This document shows positions 51,856 through 60,550 of a stretch of DNA of 64,000 nucleotides, one piece after another. Each line of letters starts with the position of its first letter. The first letter of the stretch is position 1. A program made the position numbers and the translations under genes. Below the pieces are notes generated by a model. That model saw only the letters and a list, made by a program, of their open reading frames with translations, had not been told where the DNA came from and made no database searches. This DNA comes from Anaerolineae bacterium (GTDB lineage Bacteria > Chloroflexota > Anaerolineae > Anaerolineales > Anaerolineaceae): the NCBI GenBank assembly GCA_013177815.1, contig JABLXM010000001.1, forward strand, positions 15,380 through 79,379, written 5' to 3'.

Positions 51856-52230
51856 TTAGTTTCTAAGACCAGTTGCATACTCAAACGGAGTCAGGTTTTG
51901 AAGCGCCTCATGAGGCGGTTGACTGTTGTACATCTCCTGCCATTCTTCTGTTAGATCTTGTGTCTCTTGAAGGTTTTCCAACAAATAAGCATCCAGTACA
52001 TCCTCCCGATAGGTTCGATTCAATCGCTCTACATAACCATTCTGGTTCGGTTTTCCGGGCTGGATGAAAATCCAACAAACACTATGCTCTTGCGCCCATT
52101 GTGCTGTATGTCTGGCAATAAATTCCAGACCATTATCACTGCGAATCCGCTTCGGATATCCTCTCCATTTGGCAACCCTGTCCAAGTAATTCCCATTAAA
52201 ACTATTTGCTGACCTTTGATTGATATTGCA
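51856..52230 (-). mobile_element. IS3-family transposase relic (C-terminal part of the DDE/rve domain only)
   Basis: RIRSDNGLEFIARH...IQPGKPNQNGYVERLNRTYREDVL...LTEEWQEMYNSQPPHEAL is the end of an rve integrase core containing the E of DDE. No N-terminal HTH or frameshift region is present. The relic abuts the 3' end of ribokinase and has lower GC. Confidence 0.7.
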
Positions 52231-52275
52231 AGAGCATAATGCGTACTTGTTATTCTATTCCGAAGGAATTTTCTC

Positions 52276-53187
52276 TCACCCCAGCAGCGCCATCACTTCA
52301 TGCCGCGCCGGCAGCGAGGTTTGCGCCCCCAGACGGGTGCAAGCCAGCGCCCCGGCGGCATTGGCAAAGCGCGCCGCCTCCACCAGCGGCATGCCCTCCA
52401 GCAGCGCCACCGCCAGCCCGCCGATGAAGGCATCGCCCGCCGCGGTGGTATCGACCACCTCGACCGGGAAGCCCGACAGGTGCACCTGACCTTCCGCGGC
52501 AGATACCAACGCCCCCTGCTCTCCCAACGTCAAAACCACCTGACGAGCGCCCTGCCCCCGCAGCGCCCCAGCCGCCGCGAAGCCCTCCACCACCCCAGTC
52601 ACCGGCAGCCCGCTCAACGCCGCCGCCTCGCTTTCGTTGACCACCAGCGTATCCACCAAAGCCAGCAGCCCCTCCGGCAAAGTGTGCGCCGGCGCCGGGT
52701 TGAGCAATACCGGCGTGCCACAATCGCGCGCCAGCCGGGCTGACGCCGCCACGCTCGCCAGCGGAATCTCCAACTGCATCACTACCAGCCGGGCATGTTG
52801 AATATCTTCGCCGGCTATGCGAATATTTTCCTCGCTCACCTGCCCGTTGGCGCCTGCCACCACCAGGATGCGATTGTCACCCGCTGCATCCACCAGGATG
52901 ACTGCTACCCCGCTGGAGGCACCCGCCGCCCGCCGCACCAAGCTGGTATCTACCCCAAACGATGCCAGGTTCGCCACCAGTTGTTCACCGAAGGCATCTG
53001 CGCCCACACAGCCCAACATCGCCACCTGCCCGCCCAACCGCGCCGCCGCGGCTGCCTGGTTGGCGCCCTTGCCGCCCGGGATGGTGTGAAAATCCGTGCC
53101 GGGCAGCGTTTCGCCGCGCGCCGGCATACGCGCGGCACGCACCACCAGGTCCATGTTCAGGCTGCCAATCACCAGGATATCACTCAT
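52276..53187 (-). CDS. rbsK: Ribokinase (PfkB family)
   Basis: I chose the ATG at 53187 (MSDILVIGSLNMDLV). Motifs are GGKGANQAAAAARLG and VVDTTAAGDAFIGGLA. Confidence 0.85.
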   Translation of the reverse strand: MSDILVIGSLNMDLVVRAARMPARGETLPGTDFHTIPGGKGANQAAAAARLGGQVAMLGCVGADAFGEQLVANLASFGVDTSLVRRAAGASSGVAVILVDAAGDNRILVVAGANGQVSEENIRIAGEDIQHARLVVMQLEIPLASVAASARLARDCGTPVLLNPAPAHTLPEGLLALVDTLVVNESEAAALSGLPVTGVVEGFAAAGALRGQGARQVVLTLGEQGALVSAAEGQVHLSGFPVEVVDTTAAGDAFIGGLAVALLEGMPLVEAARFANAAGALACTRLGAQTSLPARHEVMALLG

Positions 53188-53313
53188 TTTCTCGTCTCCG
53201 GTCTCGATTATAGCGCAGGCAGGGATGGCTCCCATCGATCATCGAGCAAACCGGGGAGAATTCATTACAATAGGAGTTGGATGCTGTATACCCGTGCCAC
53301 CCGGAGGCTCACC

Positions 53314-53829
53314 ATGTATCAGAAGATCAATGATTTTCTCGACCGTTATGTCTTGCCGTTGCCGGTCCGCTTCCTGACCTTTCGCTTCGTCATCCTGGCG
53401 ACGATGGCACTGCTCATCCCCCTGCTGGTCTACGCCAACAATACCGTGCTGGTGCTAGGCATCAATTCCTACCTGAACACTATGAGCGTGGCGGTCAGTT
53501 CGATCGTCCTGTTGTACACCACCATTGCCGAAGCCAACCAGAAGAAGATCGCGCTGATGCAGGAAAAACGTGCCCGCGAGGACCACGCCCATGTGACCGA
53601 AATGAACAAAGTCATGCACCAGATGCTGACGCGGCAATCTGAAGAGATCGAGACGTTGAAAGCAATGCTGTGCCAGATGCAGGGCGTCCCATACGAGCGC
53701 GGCGAGAAAACAACCCCGCCCGACTTGCACGCGCTGCATCCACGCGGAGCGAGCCGGTTCGAGGCGCAGGAAGGCGAAGACCGCCTGCACGACCAGACCA
53801 CCCACTTCATTACCCTGGACGAAGGATAA
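53314..53829 (+). CDS. Hypothetical membrane protein with C-terminal coiled-coil-like region
   Basis: ATG 53314 has GGAGG upstream; an alternative ATG lies at 53281. It has two hydrophobic segments followed by a charged helical tail. The long 5' extension in the ORF track is antisense to ribokinase and I rejected it. Confidence 0.45.
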   Translation: MYQKINDFLDRYVLPLPVRFLTFRFVILATMALLIPLLVYANNTVLVLGINSYLNTMSVAVSSIVLLYTTIAEANQKKIALMQEKRAREDHAHVTEMNKVMHQMLTRQSEEIETLKAMLCQMQGVPYERGEKTTPPDLHALHPRGASRFEAQEGEDRLHDQTTHFITLDEG

Positions 53830-53856
53830 CCCTCCCGCGCCGCACACCAAACCACA

Positions 53857-55578
53857 TTACAGCCGCGCCAGCGCCGCCTTCAGGTGGTCCTTTACCGCCG
53901 CAGCCCCGTCCAGCTCCAACGCTGCCGCCGCAATGGGCACGCACGCCGCCGCCGAGAGGCGGCTGAGCGTTTGTTTGACCAGCGGGATGGCGCTCGCCTC
54001 CATGCTGAAGGAGCGCAATTCCAGCCCCAACAACAGCGGTGCAGCCAGCGGGTCGCCTGCCAGGTCACCGCACAGACTGAGGGGTTTGCCCGCCGCCCGC
54101 CCCGACCGGATGACCTGCCGCACCAAGCGCAGTACGGCGGGGGCAAATGCTCCGCCCAGGTATGCCAGGTCGGCGCTGGCGCGGTCCGCTGCCAGGGTGT
54201 ACTGCGTCAGGTCATTGGTGCCGATGGCAAGAAAATCCACTTCGCGCGCCAGTTCGTCTGCCATCAGCGCCGCCGCCGGCACTTCCACCATGCAACCCAG
54301 CGGCACACCCGGCGCGAAGGGGACGCCTTCCGCCGCCAATTCACCACAGCACAGCGCCAGCAAAGCGCGGACGCGGCGAACCTCACTCACATCCGTCACC
54401 ATCGGCAGAATGATCTTCAAATTGGCGCGACCGGCACCTGCCCGCAGCGCCGCCCGCAGTTGCACTTTCAACCAATCGCCTTGCGCCAGGCTCAAGCGAA
54501 TGCCGCGCAGCCCCAAGGCAGGGTTCTTCTCCGGCGCCAGCGCCAGGTACGGCAGTTCCTTGTCCCCGCCGATATCCAGCGTGCGCAGGTACACCGGCTT
54601 TTCGCCAAACGTTTCTAAAATATTGCGGTAGACCTCGACCTGTTCATCCTCATCCGGCAGGCTGCCGCGTTCCAGGTAGAGAAACTCGGTGCGCAACAGA
54701 CCGGCGCCTTCTGCGCCGGCTTCCAGCGCCCGCTCTGCCCCCGCCAGCGAGCCGATATTGGCGAGCACTGTCACCGCGCAACCATCCGTGCTCACCACCG
54801 GCTGGCAGCGCTGCGCCAGCGCCTGCCGCCAGCGTTCCCGCTCCACCTGCTGTCGCCGTCGGTAATCCGCCAGCGTTGCCACATCCGGATCGATCAGCAA
54901 CAACCCCTCGCTTCCGTCCAGGATGGCTAACATGCCGTCCACCCCATCGAAAATAGCCTCTCCGGCGCCCACCACCGCCGGCAAACCCAGGCTGCGCGCC
55001 AGAATGGCGCTGTGCGAAGTCTCACCGCCCCGCGCCGTGACGAACCCCAGCACGCGCGAGCGGTCCAACCCCATGGTATCCGAGGGGCTCAAGGAATCAG
55101 CCACCACAATGACAGGCTGCAACAACTCCGTTAGACCGGGCGATGTTACGCCCAGCAGGGCGTGCAGCACCCGCTGCGCCGCGTCACGAACATCCGCCGC
55201 CCGCGCCCGCAGGTAAGGGTCATCGAGCGCATCCAATTGTCCGGCGTAGTGCTCGCACGCTTCCAGCCAGACCGTCTCCACGTTCAGATTGCCGGCAAAC
55301 AACCGCGTCTGCACCATCTTCAACAGTTCCGGGTCGCGCAGCATGACCGCCTGCGCCTCGAAAACCTGGGCGTTATCCGCCCCCACCCGCCGGCTGGCAT
55401 CCGCTGCCAGTTCTTCCAGTTGCGCCACCGATTGTTGCAACGCAGCCTGTAATCGTTCCCACTCCGCCAGGCTATCATCTACTGTAGCGCGATCCACTTG
55501 CAGCGTTGAATCTCGGTAGCAGTACAGCGGGGCAATGGCGATGCCGCCCGAAGCGCCGATGCCATGCAAATGCTTCAC
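53857..55578 (-). CDS. ptsI: Phosphoenolpyruvate-protein phosphotransferase (PTS enzyme I)
   Basis: 573 aa with the phosphohistidine motif GGETSHSAILARSLGLPAVVG and a C-terminal PEP-utilising TIM-barrel motif (IGTNDLTQY). Confidence 0.9.
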   Translation of the reverse strand: MKHLHGIGASGGIAIAPLYCYRDSTLQVDRATVDDSLAEWERLQAALQQSVAQLEELAADASRRVGADNAQVFEAQAVMLRDPELLKMVQTRLFAGNLNVETVWLEACEHYAGQLDALDDPYLRARAADVRDAAQRVLHALLGVTSPGLTELLQPVIVVADSLSPSDTMGLDRSRVLGFVTARGGETSHSAILARSLGLPAVVGAGEAIFDGVDGMLAILDGSEGLLLIDPDVATLADYRRRQQVERERWRQALAQRCQPVVSTDGCAVTVLANIGSLAGAERALEAGAEGAGLLRTEFLYLERGSLPDEDEQVEVYRNILETFGEKPVYLRTLDIGGDKELPYLALAPEKNPALGLRGIRLSLAQGDWLKVQLRAALRAGAGRANLKIILPMVTDVSEVRRVRALLALCCGELAAEGVPFAPGVPLGCMVEVPAAALMADELAREVDFLAIGTNDLTQYTLAADRASADLAYLGGAFAPAVLRLVRQVIRSGRAAGKPLSLCGDLAGDPLAAPLLLGLELRSFSMEASAIPLVKQTLSRLSAAACVPIAAAALELDGAAAVKDHLKAALARL

Positions 55579-55844
55579 GGTGTCTCCCCAAAGTTGGATT
55601 CGACCAGCGCGCTCAGCGCCGCCAGCGCCTGCCCGGCGTCCTCACCTTCGGCATCGATCGTGATGACGCTGCCGTGGGTCGCCCCCAGCGTCAGCATGTT
55701 CAAAAAACTCTTGCCGTTCACCTGTACACCTTCCTTGCGCACGCGGATATCCGCACCGTATTTATTGGCTTCCTGTACGAACAGAAAAACCGTCCTGGCG
55801 TGCAAGCCGGCTTTGGCGCCGATCACCAGATCGATCTCAGGCAT
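55575..55844 (-). CDS. ptsH: HPr phosphocarrier protein
   Basis: 89 aa with His15 in AGLHARTV. It has the GKS Ser-46 region (VNGKSFLNMLTLGA) and overlaps ptsI by 4 nt. Confidence 0.85.
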   Translation of the reverse strand: MPEIDLVIGAKAGLHARTVFLFVQEANKYGADIRVRKEGVQVNGKSFLNMLTLGATHGSVITIDAEGEDAGQALAALSALVESNFGETP

Positions 55845-55880
55845 TAACGCCCCATCCCCACTGCGGTTGGCATGGGCGTT

Positions 55881-56705
55881 TCAGTCATGGTTCTCCAGCG
55901 CTGCGCCCAGTTGCTTGATCTGGCGTTCAGCCAGCCCCAATTCCGCCAACGCCGGCAGGTCGCGGTTGAGGATCAATTGTCCCAGCACCGAGCGCCGCCA
56001 CATCTTCAGGTCTTCTTCCAGCGGCGAGCCGATATGATCCTCACCAATGATACGCCCGTCGCGCATATGGATGATGCGGCGCGTCTGGCGCGCCACGTTG
56101 GCATCGTGCGTCACCACCACGAAGGTGGTACCCTGGCTGCGGTTCAGGTCTGAAACCAGCCGCATCAGTTCCTGCCCGCTGACGCTATCCAACGCGCCGG
56201 TGGGCTCATCCGCCAGCACCAGCGGCGGGTCGTTTGCCAGCGCGCGGGCGATCGCCACCCGCTGGCGCTGCCCGCCCGAGAGCTGCCCCGGCAGGTGACG
56301 ACCCCGATCTGCCAATCCCACCAGTTCCAGCAATTCTGCGGCGCGTTTGCCGCGCGCTCCGGCGCCCAGGCGACCCATCATCGGCACCTCGACGTTCTCC
56401 TGCGCGGTCAGGGTCGGCAGCAAATTGTGCAACTGGAAGACAAAGCCCACCACGTGCGCCCGAAATTCGTCCTTATCCTTGATATGCGCCAGGTCCTGAC
56501 CGTTGACCAGCACCTGACCACCGGTCGGCAGGTCCAGTGCGCCCAGCATATTGAGTAGCGTGCTCTTGCCCGAGCCGCTGGGACCCATCACCGCCACCAA
56601 TTCGCCGGCTGCTACTTGCAGGTCGACCCCATCCAGGGCACACACTTCGGCGCCGTTGCCGTAAACGCGCGTCAGATTGCGTGTTTCGATCAGCCATTCG
56701 TTCAT
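55881..56705 (-). CDS. ABC transporter ATP-binding protein (MacB/LolD-type) with ~50-aa C-terminal extension
   Basis: Walker A is GPSGSGKST, the signature is LSGGQRQRVAIARAL and Walker B is LVLADEPT. Confidence 0.9.
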   Translation of the reverse strand: MNEWLIETRNLTRVYGNGAEVCALDGVDLQVAAGELVAVMGPSGSGKSTLLNMLGALDLPTGGQVLVNGQDLAHIKDKDEFRAHVVGFVFQLHNLLPTLTAQENVEVPMMGRLGAGARGKRAAELLELVGLADRGRHLPGQLSGGQRQRVAIARALANDPPLVLADEPTGALDSVSGQELMRLVSDLNRSQGTTFVVVTHDANVARQTRRIIHMRDGRIIGEDHIGSPLEEDLKMWRRSVLGQLILNRDLPALAELGLAERQIKQLGAALENHD

Positions 56706-56723
56706 CCTGTCAGTCCTTTGCGA

Positions 56724-57938
56724 TCACTGTTGTGGATCGGGTAGTTGTTGCTGGTCCGCCACCACGATATCGACGAAGGCGGTCATGCCCCACAGCAGTT
56801 GCGGAGGCGTTTCCTCCAGCGACAATTTCACCGTGTAGTTGACGCCCGAGCCTTCCTCGGATTTGACCGCCACATAGATCACCGTGCCGCCGACCGCCAC
56901 GCCCGGCAGCGCATCAAAAGTGATGGCGGCGTTATCACCCAACCGCAGCCGCGCCACGTCGATCTCGCTCAAGTCGGTGGTCTCCACGAGCAGGTTGTCC
57001 AGATCCGCCACGTCCAGCGCCGGCGCGCCGGGCGAAAGCCACTCGGAAGGCTGCACGTGCAGTTTACCAACGATGGCGTCGAAGGGCGCCGTCAATACAA
57101 GATCATCCACGGTGGCTTGGCTGGCTGCCAGTTGCGTTTCCGCGCTCGCCACCCGCGCCTCCGCCAGCACCAACGCATCCGGGTCTGGTCCAGCCTGCAA
57201 GTCATTCAGTTCTCTCTGGGCAGCGTTGACCTCCGCCTGCGCCACGGCGAAGTTGGCGTTGGTCTCATCCGACTCCAACTTGGTGGGCACCGAGAGCAGG
57301 TAATTCAAGTTGATGCGCGCTTTGTCGCGTTCCTGCCGGGTAGCCGCCAGGATGGAGAGGGCATTGGCTTTGCCCACACTTTCATCCGGATCATCCGTGA
57401 AGTAGTTATAGGAATCTTCCGCCCGCTTGACGGCGTCCTCCGCCAGGATCAGGTTGGCGCGCGCCGTATCGACCGTCTCGCGGTCGCCAATGCGGTAGGT
57501 CAGCCCTTTGACCTTCTTATCGGCTTTATCCAGCGCCTTGTTGGCAAGCGCGAGACGCAATTCCGCCGCTGCCCGGTCAAGTTCGACGTTGTCATACAGG
57601 GCATCCAGCGCCTGTTGCGCCGAAAGCAGTTCCAGTTCGGCTGCCCCGACCGCCGCTTGCAGCGATTCACCGCCATCCAAACGCAGCAGTACGTCGCCTG
57701 CCTGCACCGCCTGCCCCTCGCTGACCAGCACCTCAGCCACGCGTCCGCCGGCTGCCAGACTCAGTGTGGCGTAACGTTCGGGCATCACCTCACCGGTGGC
57801 GCTAACCACCGCCGGCACTTCCAGCAGCAACGCAGTTGCCTCCGGTTCCGGCGCGTTGTTTGCATCCGTTCCACAAGCGGAAAACAGCATCGAAGTCATC
57901 AGCAAGACCACGACAACAAGGGTAAGTGATCGCTTCAT
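56724..57938 (-). CDS. HlyD/MacA-type periplasmic adaptor lipoprotein
   Basis: 404 aa with lipobox LFSAC, a long coiled-coil middle and flanking barrel-sandwich/beta-barrel segments. Confidence 0.8.
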   Translation of the reverse strand: MKRSLTLVVVVLLMTSMLFSACGTDANNAPEPEATALLLEVPAVVSATGEVMPERYATLSLAAGGRVAEVLVSEGQAVQAGDVLLRLDGGESLQAAVGAAELELLSAQQALDALYDNVELDRAAAELRLALANKALDKADKKVKGLTYRIGDRETVDTARANLILAEDAVKRAEDSYNYFTDDPDESVGKANALSILAATRQERDKARINLNYLLSVPTKLESDETNANFAVAQAEVNAAQRELNDLQAGPDPDALVLAEARVASAETQLAASQATVDDLVLTAPFDAIVGKLHVQPSEWLSPGAPALDVADLDNLLVETTDLSEIDVARLRLGDNAAITFDALPGVAVGGTVIYVAVKSEEGSGVNYTVKLSLEETPPQLLWGMTAFVDIVVADQQQLPDPQQ

Positions 57939-57981
57939 CTTCTCATCTCCACTTTAATAAAAGTATTCTACCAAACAAAGC

Positions 57982-60231
57982 CTATTCATATCGCAACGCC
58001 TCCACCGGCTGCAAGCGGGTGGCGTGGAGCGCCGGGTAGACCCCGCCCAGCAATCCCAGCACGCCCGCCATCAGCATCGCCCGGATGAAGGGTTCGACCT
58101 CCCAGGTCGGCGTGACCAGACCGCCAATCATGGGTGCATTGCTAAGCACAAAGACCAACACGAACGCCACCAGTATGCCCCCAATCCCCCCAATGACAGC
58201 CAACAGCAGCGATTCGCGCATGATCATACCCAGCACTGATCGCCGGCGCCATCCCAGCGCGCGCAGCACGCCGATCTCACGCGTGCGCTCCAGCACCGAC
58301 ATCAGCATGGTGTTCATCACGCCCAAGCCGCCCACCATCACCGCCAGCAGCGAGATGCCCGCAATCATGGCATCGCTGGATTGCATATCCGGTAACTGCT
58401 GGGCAAACTCGCCGCTCACCGAAGCCTGCATATCCGGATACATGGTGTTGATCTGGTCAGCGATCTCCTGCGCCTGGGTCGGGTCATGCAATTTGACCCC
58501 ATACATGGTGACTTTGCGCGGTCTGCCCACCAGGGTTTGCGCATCGCGCAGCGTGATGACGCCGCCGATATCCTCCCAACCCACACCGCTTTCATAGATG
58601 CCGACGATCTTGAAGCGGCTGCCGGAGAGTTCGATCGTATCCATCACGCCCTTATTGAGCGATTCGGCTACCACTTTGCCAATGATGATCTGGTGATTGG
58701 CTTTCAGCGGCTCCCCTTGCACGATGCGGAAGCGCTGGACGGCTTGGGACGACGGCGCATAGCCCTGGATGATGAAGAAGCCTTCGTTGTTCGGCAGCAC
58801 GATGGCGGTAAAGATGATGCCGCTGATGTTGGCAACCCCCGGGATGGCGGCAATGCGGTCGCCAATGCGCTCATCGATGGCGCTGGTGGAGGTATCTGCG
58901 ACATCGCGTTGGGTGACCATGACCTCCAGGTTGGCGCCGCGCGCCATCTGGTTCATTGAGTAAGTAAAGCTCGCCATGTAACTTTCCAGCGCCATGATCG
59001 AGCCGACCGTCAGCGCGATTACTGTGATGGTCAGCAGCGTGCGGGTGGAACGCTGCCACAGGTTTTGCAATGCCATGGAATGGATCGGCAGCCGGCGCAC
59101 GTGCTCGCCGCTGGTACCGCCCTCGTAGCGCAGCGCGTCGATTGGCTCCAATTTGGCTGCCTGCCACGCCGGGTACAATCCACCTGCCAACCCCAACACC
59201 AGCATCACCACCAGCGCCTGCACCAACAGCCCCATCGAAACGGCAGCCGAACTGGCGCCCATCATGACCGTGTTGCTCGCAAGCAACAGCAGCGCCAGGT
59301 ATCCCAAGCCCACGCCAAGCACGCCTCCAAGCAGGCACACCAGCACCGATTCAGCCAGGATCATTCCCAGCACGCGCCCACGGCTCCAGCCAACCGCCCG
59401 CAACACGCCGATCTCGCGCGTGCGCTCGTAAACCGCCATCAACTGGGCATTCATCATGCCCACCCCGCCCAGCACGATCGCGAGCCCGGCGATGATCCAC
59501 ACAAAACCTTTCATGTAGTCATCGAAAACCTGTTTGTTGTCGTATTCCTGGGTGGTCGAAAGCACCAGGTCTGACCAGCGCCGTGCCACGCGCGCCTCCA
59601 ACTGGTCACGCTGTTTGAGGTCTTTGACCTTCAGGTAGAACAGGCTGACCTGTCGCGGTTTGCCCAACAGGTCCTGCGCGTCATCCAGCGGCAGGATGAC
59701 GCCGGAATCCTGGAAGGCATCGCCGGTATCATACACGCCCACCACCCGGTAAGTGGTGGTGGCGATGCGCAGGGTATCGCCGACTTGCTTCTTGAGCGCG
59801 GAAGCCAGGTCGTTGCCGATCATGATCGGCTTGCCGCGCAAGCTGCCGGGGATACGGTCGAAAATGCTGTAGCCCTCGATGACCGGCACCCGGTTCATGA
59901 CAAAACTGCCTTCGGGATAGCCGAAGATGAACAGGAAGGGAGAACCCTCCGCAGCCAGAAAACCTTCGATCATCCCGCTGACTTCGGTGACCTCCGGCAT
60001 CGCCAGCAGTTCCCGTTCCAGCGCCTCATCCACCGAGGAATAACTGATCTCGATCGCATCCGGCTGGCTGAGCACCAAATCTGCGCTGGATTTGGACATC
60101 ATCGAGGAATACCCTTGCTCCAACCCGTTGCCCATCGCCCCCAAACTGATGATGGCTGCCACGCCCAACGCCACCCCCAGCATGGTGAACAATGTTCGTG
60201 CTTTTCGGCGCAACAGATTCTTGAATACCAT
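57982..60231 (-). CDS. ABC transporter permease with two FtsX/MacB-type halves
   Basis: 749 aa with a duplicated layout of TM, a large periplasmic domain and a 3-TM FtsX domain (ERTREIGVLRA occurs twice). Confidence 0.85.
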   Translation of the reverse strand: MVFKNLLRRKARTLFTMLGVALGVAAIISLGAMGNGLEQGYSSMMSKSSADLVLSQPDAIEISYSSVDEALERELLAMPEVTEVSGMIEGFLAAEGSPFLFIFGYPEGSFVMNRVPVIEGYSIFDRIPGSLRGKPIMIGNDLASALKKQVGDTLRIATTTYRVVGVYDTGDAFQDSGVILPLDDAQDLLGKPRQVSLFYLKVKDLKQRDQLEARVARRWSDLVLSTTQEYDNKQVFDDYMKGFVWIIAGLAIVLGGVGMMNAQLMAVYERTREIGVLRAVGWSRGRVLGMILAESVLVCLLGGVLGVGLGYLALLLLASNTVMMGASSAAVSMGLLVQALVVMLVLGLAGGLYPAWQAAKLEPIDALRYEGGTSGEHVRRLPIHSMALQNLWQRSTRTLLTITVIALTVGSIMALESYMASFTYSMNQMARGANLEVMVTQRDVADTSTSAIDERIGDRIAAIPGVANISGIIFTAIVLPNNEGFFIIQGYAPSSQAVQRFRIVQGEPLKANHQIIIGKVVAESLNKGVMDTIELSGSRFKIVGIYESGVGWEDIGGVITLRDAQTLVGRPRKVTMYGVKLHDPTQAQEIADQINTMYPDMQASVSGEFAQQLPDMQSSDAMIAGISLLAVMVGGLGVMNTMLMSVLERTREIGVLRALGWRRRSVLGMIMRESLLLAVIGGIGGILVAFVLVFVLSNAPMIGGLVTPTWEVEPFIRAMLMAGVLGLLGGVYPALHATRLQPVEALRYE

Positions 60232-60399
60232 ATTGTGATCCTTCTGCCTCCGGCAACGGTCGCACGCCCAATGACCATCCCCACACGGCTGGCAGCCCCA
60301 CCATTTTACCAGCCACGGTCACAGCCGATGACTAGAGTTTACGTCCCCAGGCGGTGTCACCCCCAGAAATTCTGGGGAATTATCCGTGTGACATCCACA

Positions 60400-60464
60400 A
60401 GTAGGGGCACGGGGGAAAATCGCAAGCCATCACACCCATCGCTCAAACCCCCCGTGCCCCTACT
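60400..60464. repeat. 16-bp perfect inverted repeat with 33-nt loop in a divergent promoter region
   Basis: agtaggggcacggggg (60400-60415) pairs with cccccgtgcccctact (60449-60464). A 17-nt palindrome ccccagaa-a-ttctgggg sits at 60361-60377. Confidence 0.5.
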
Positions 60465-60550
60465 CAGCGACTAATTGCCTGATCAACTGTCTCTCCATGT
60501 TAATCCCCACCCTCCTGTATGCGCTATAATTCCACGCGGAACACTCCGCC

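Noticed and set aside
52795-53313. 5' extension of the 53314-53829 gene (the ORF track gives a 344-aa ORF from 52795)
   Set aside because: The extension runs antisense through the ribokinase gene and is Arg/His-rich. A GGAGG-preceded ATG at 53314 starts the hydrophobic, protein-like part.
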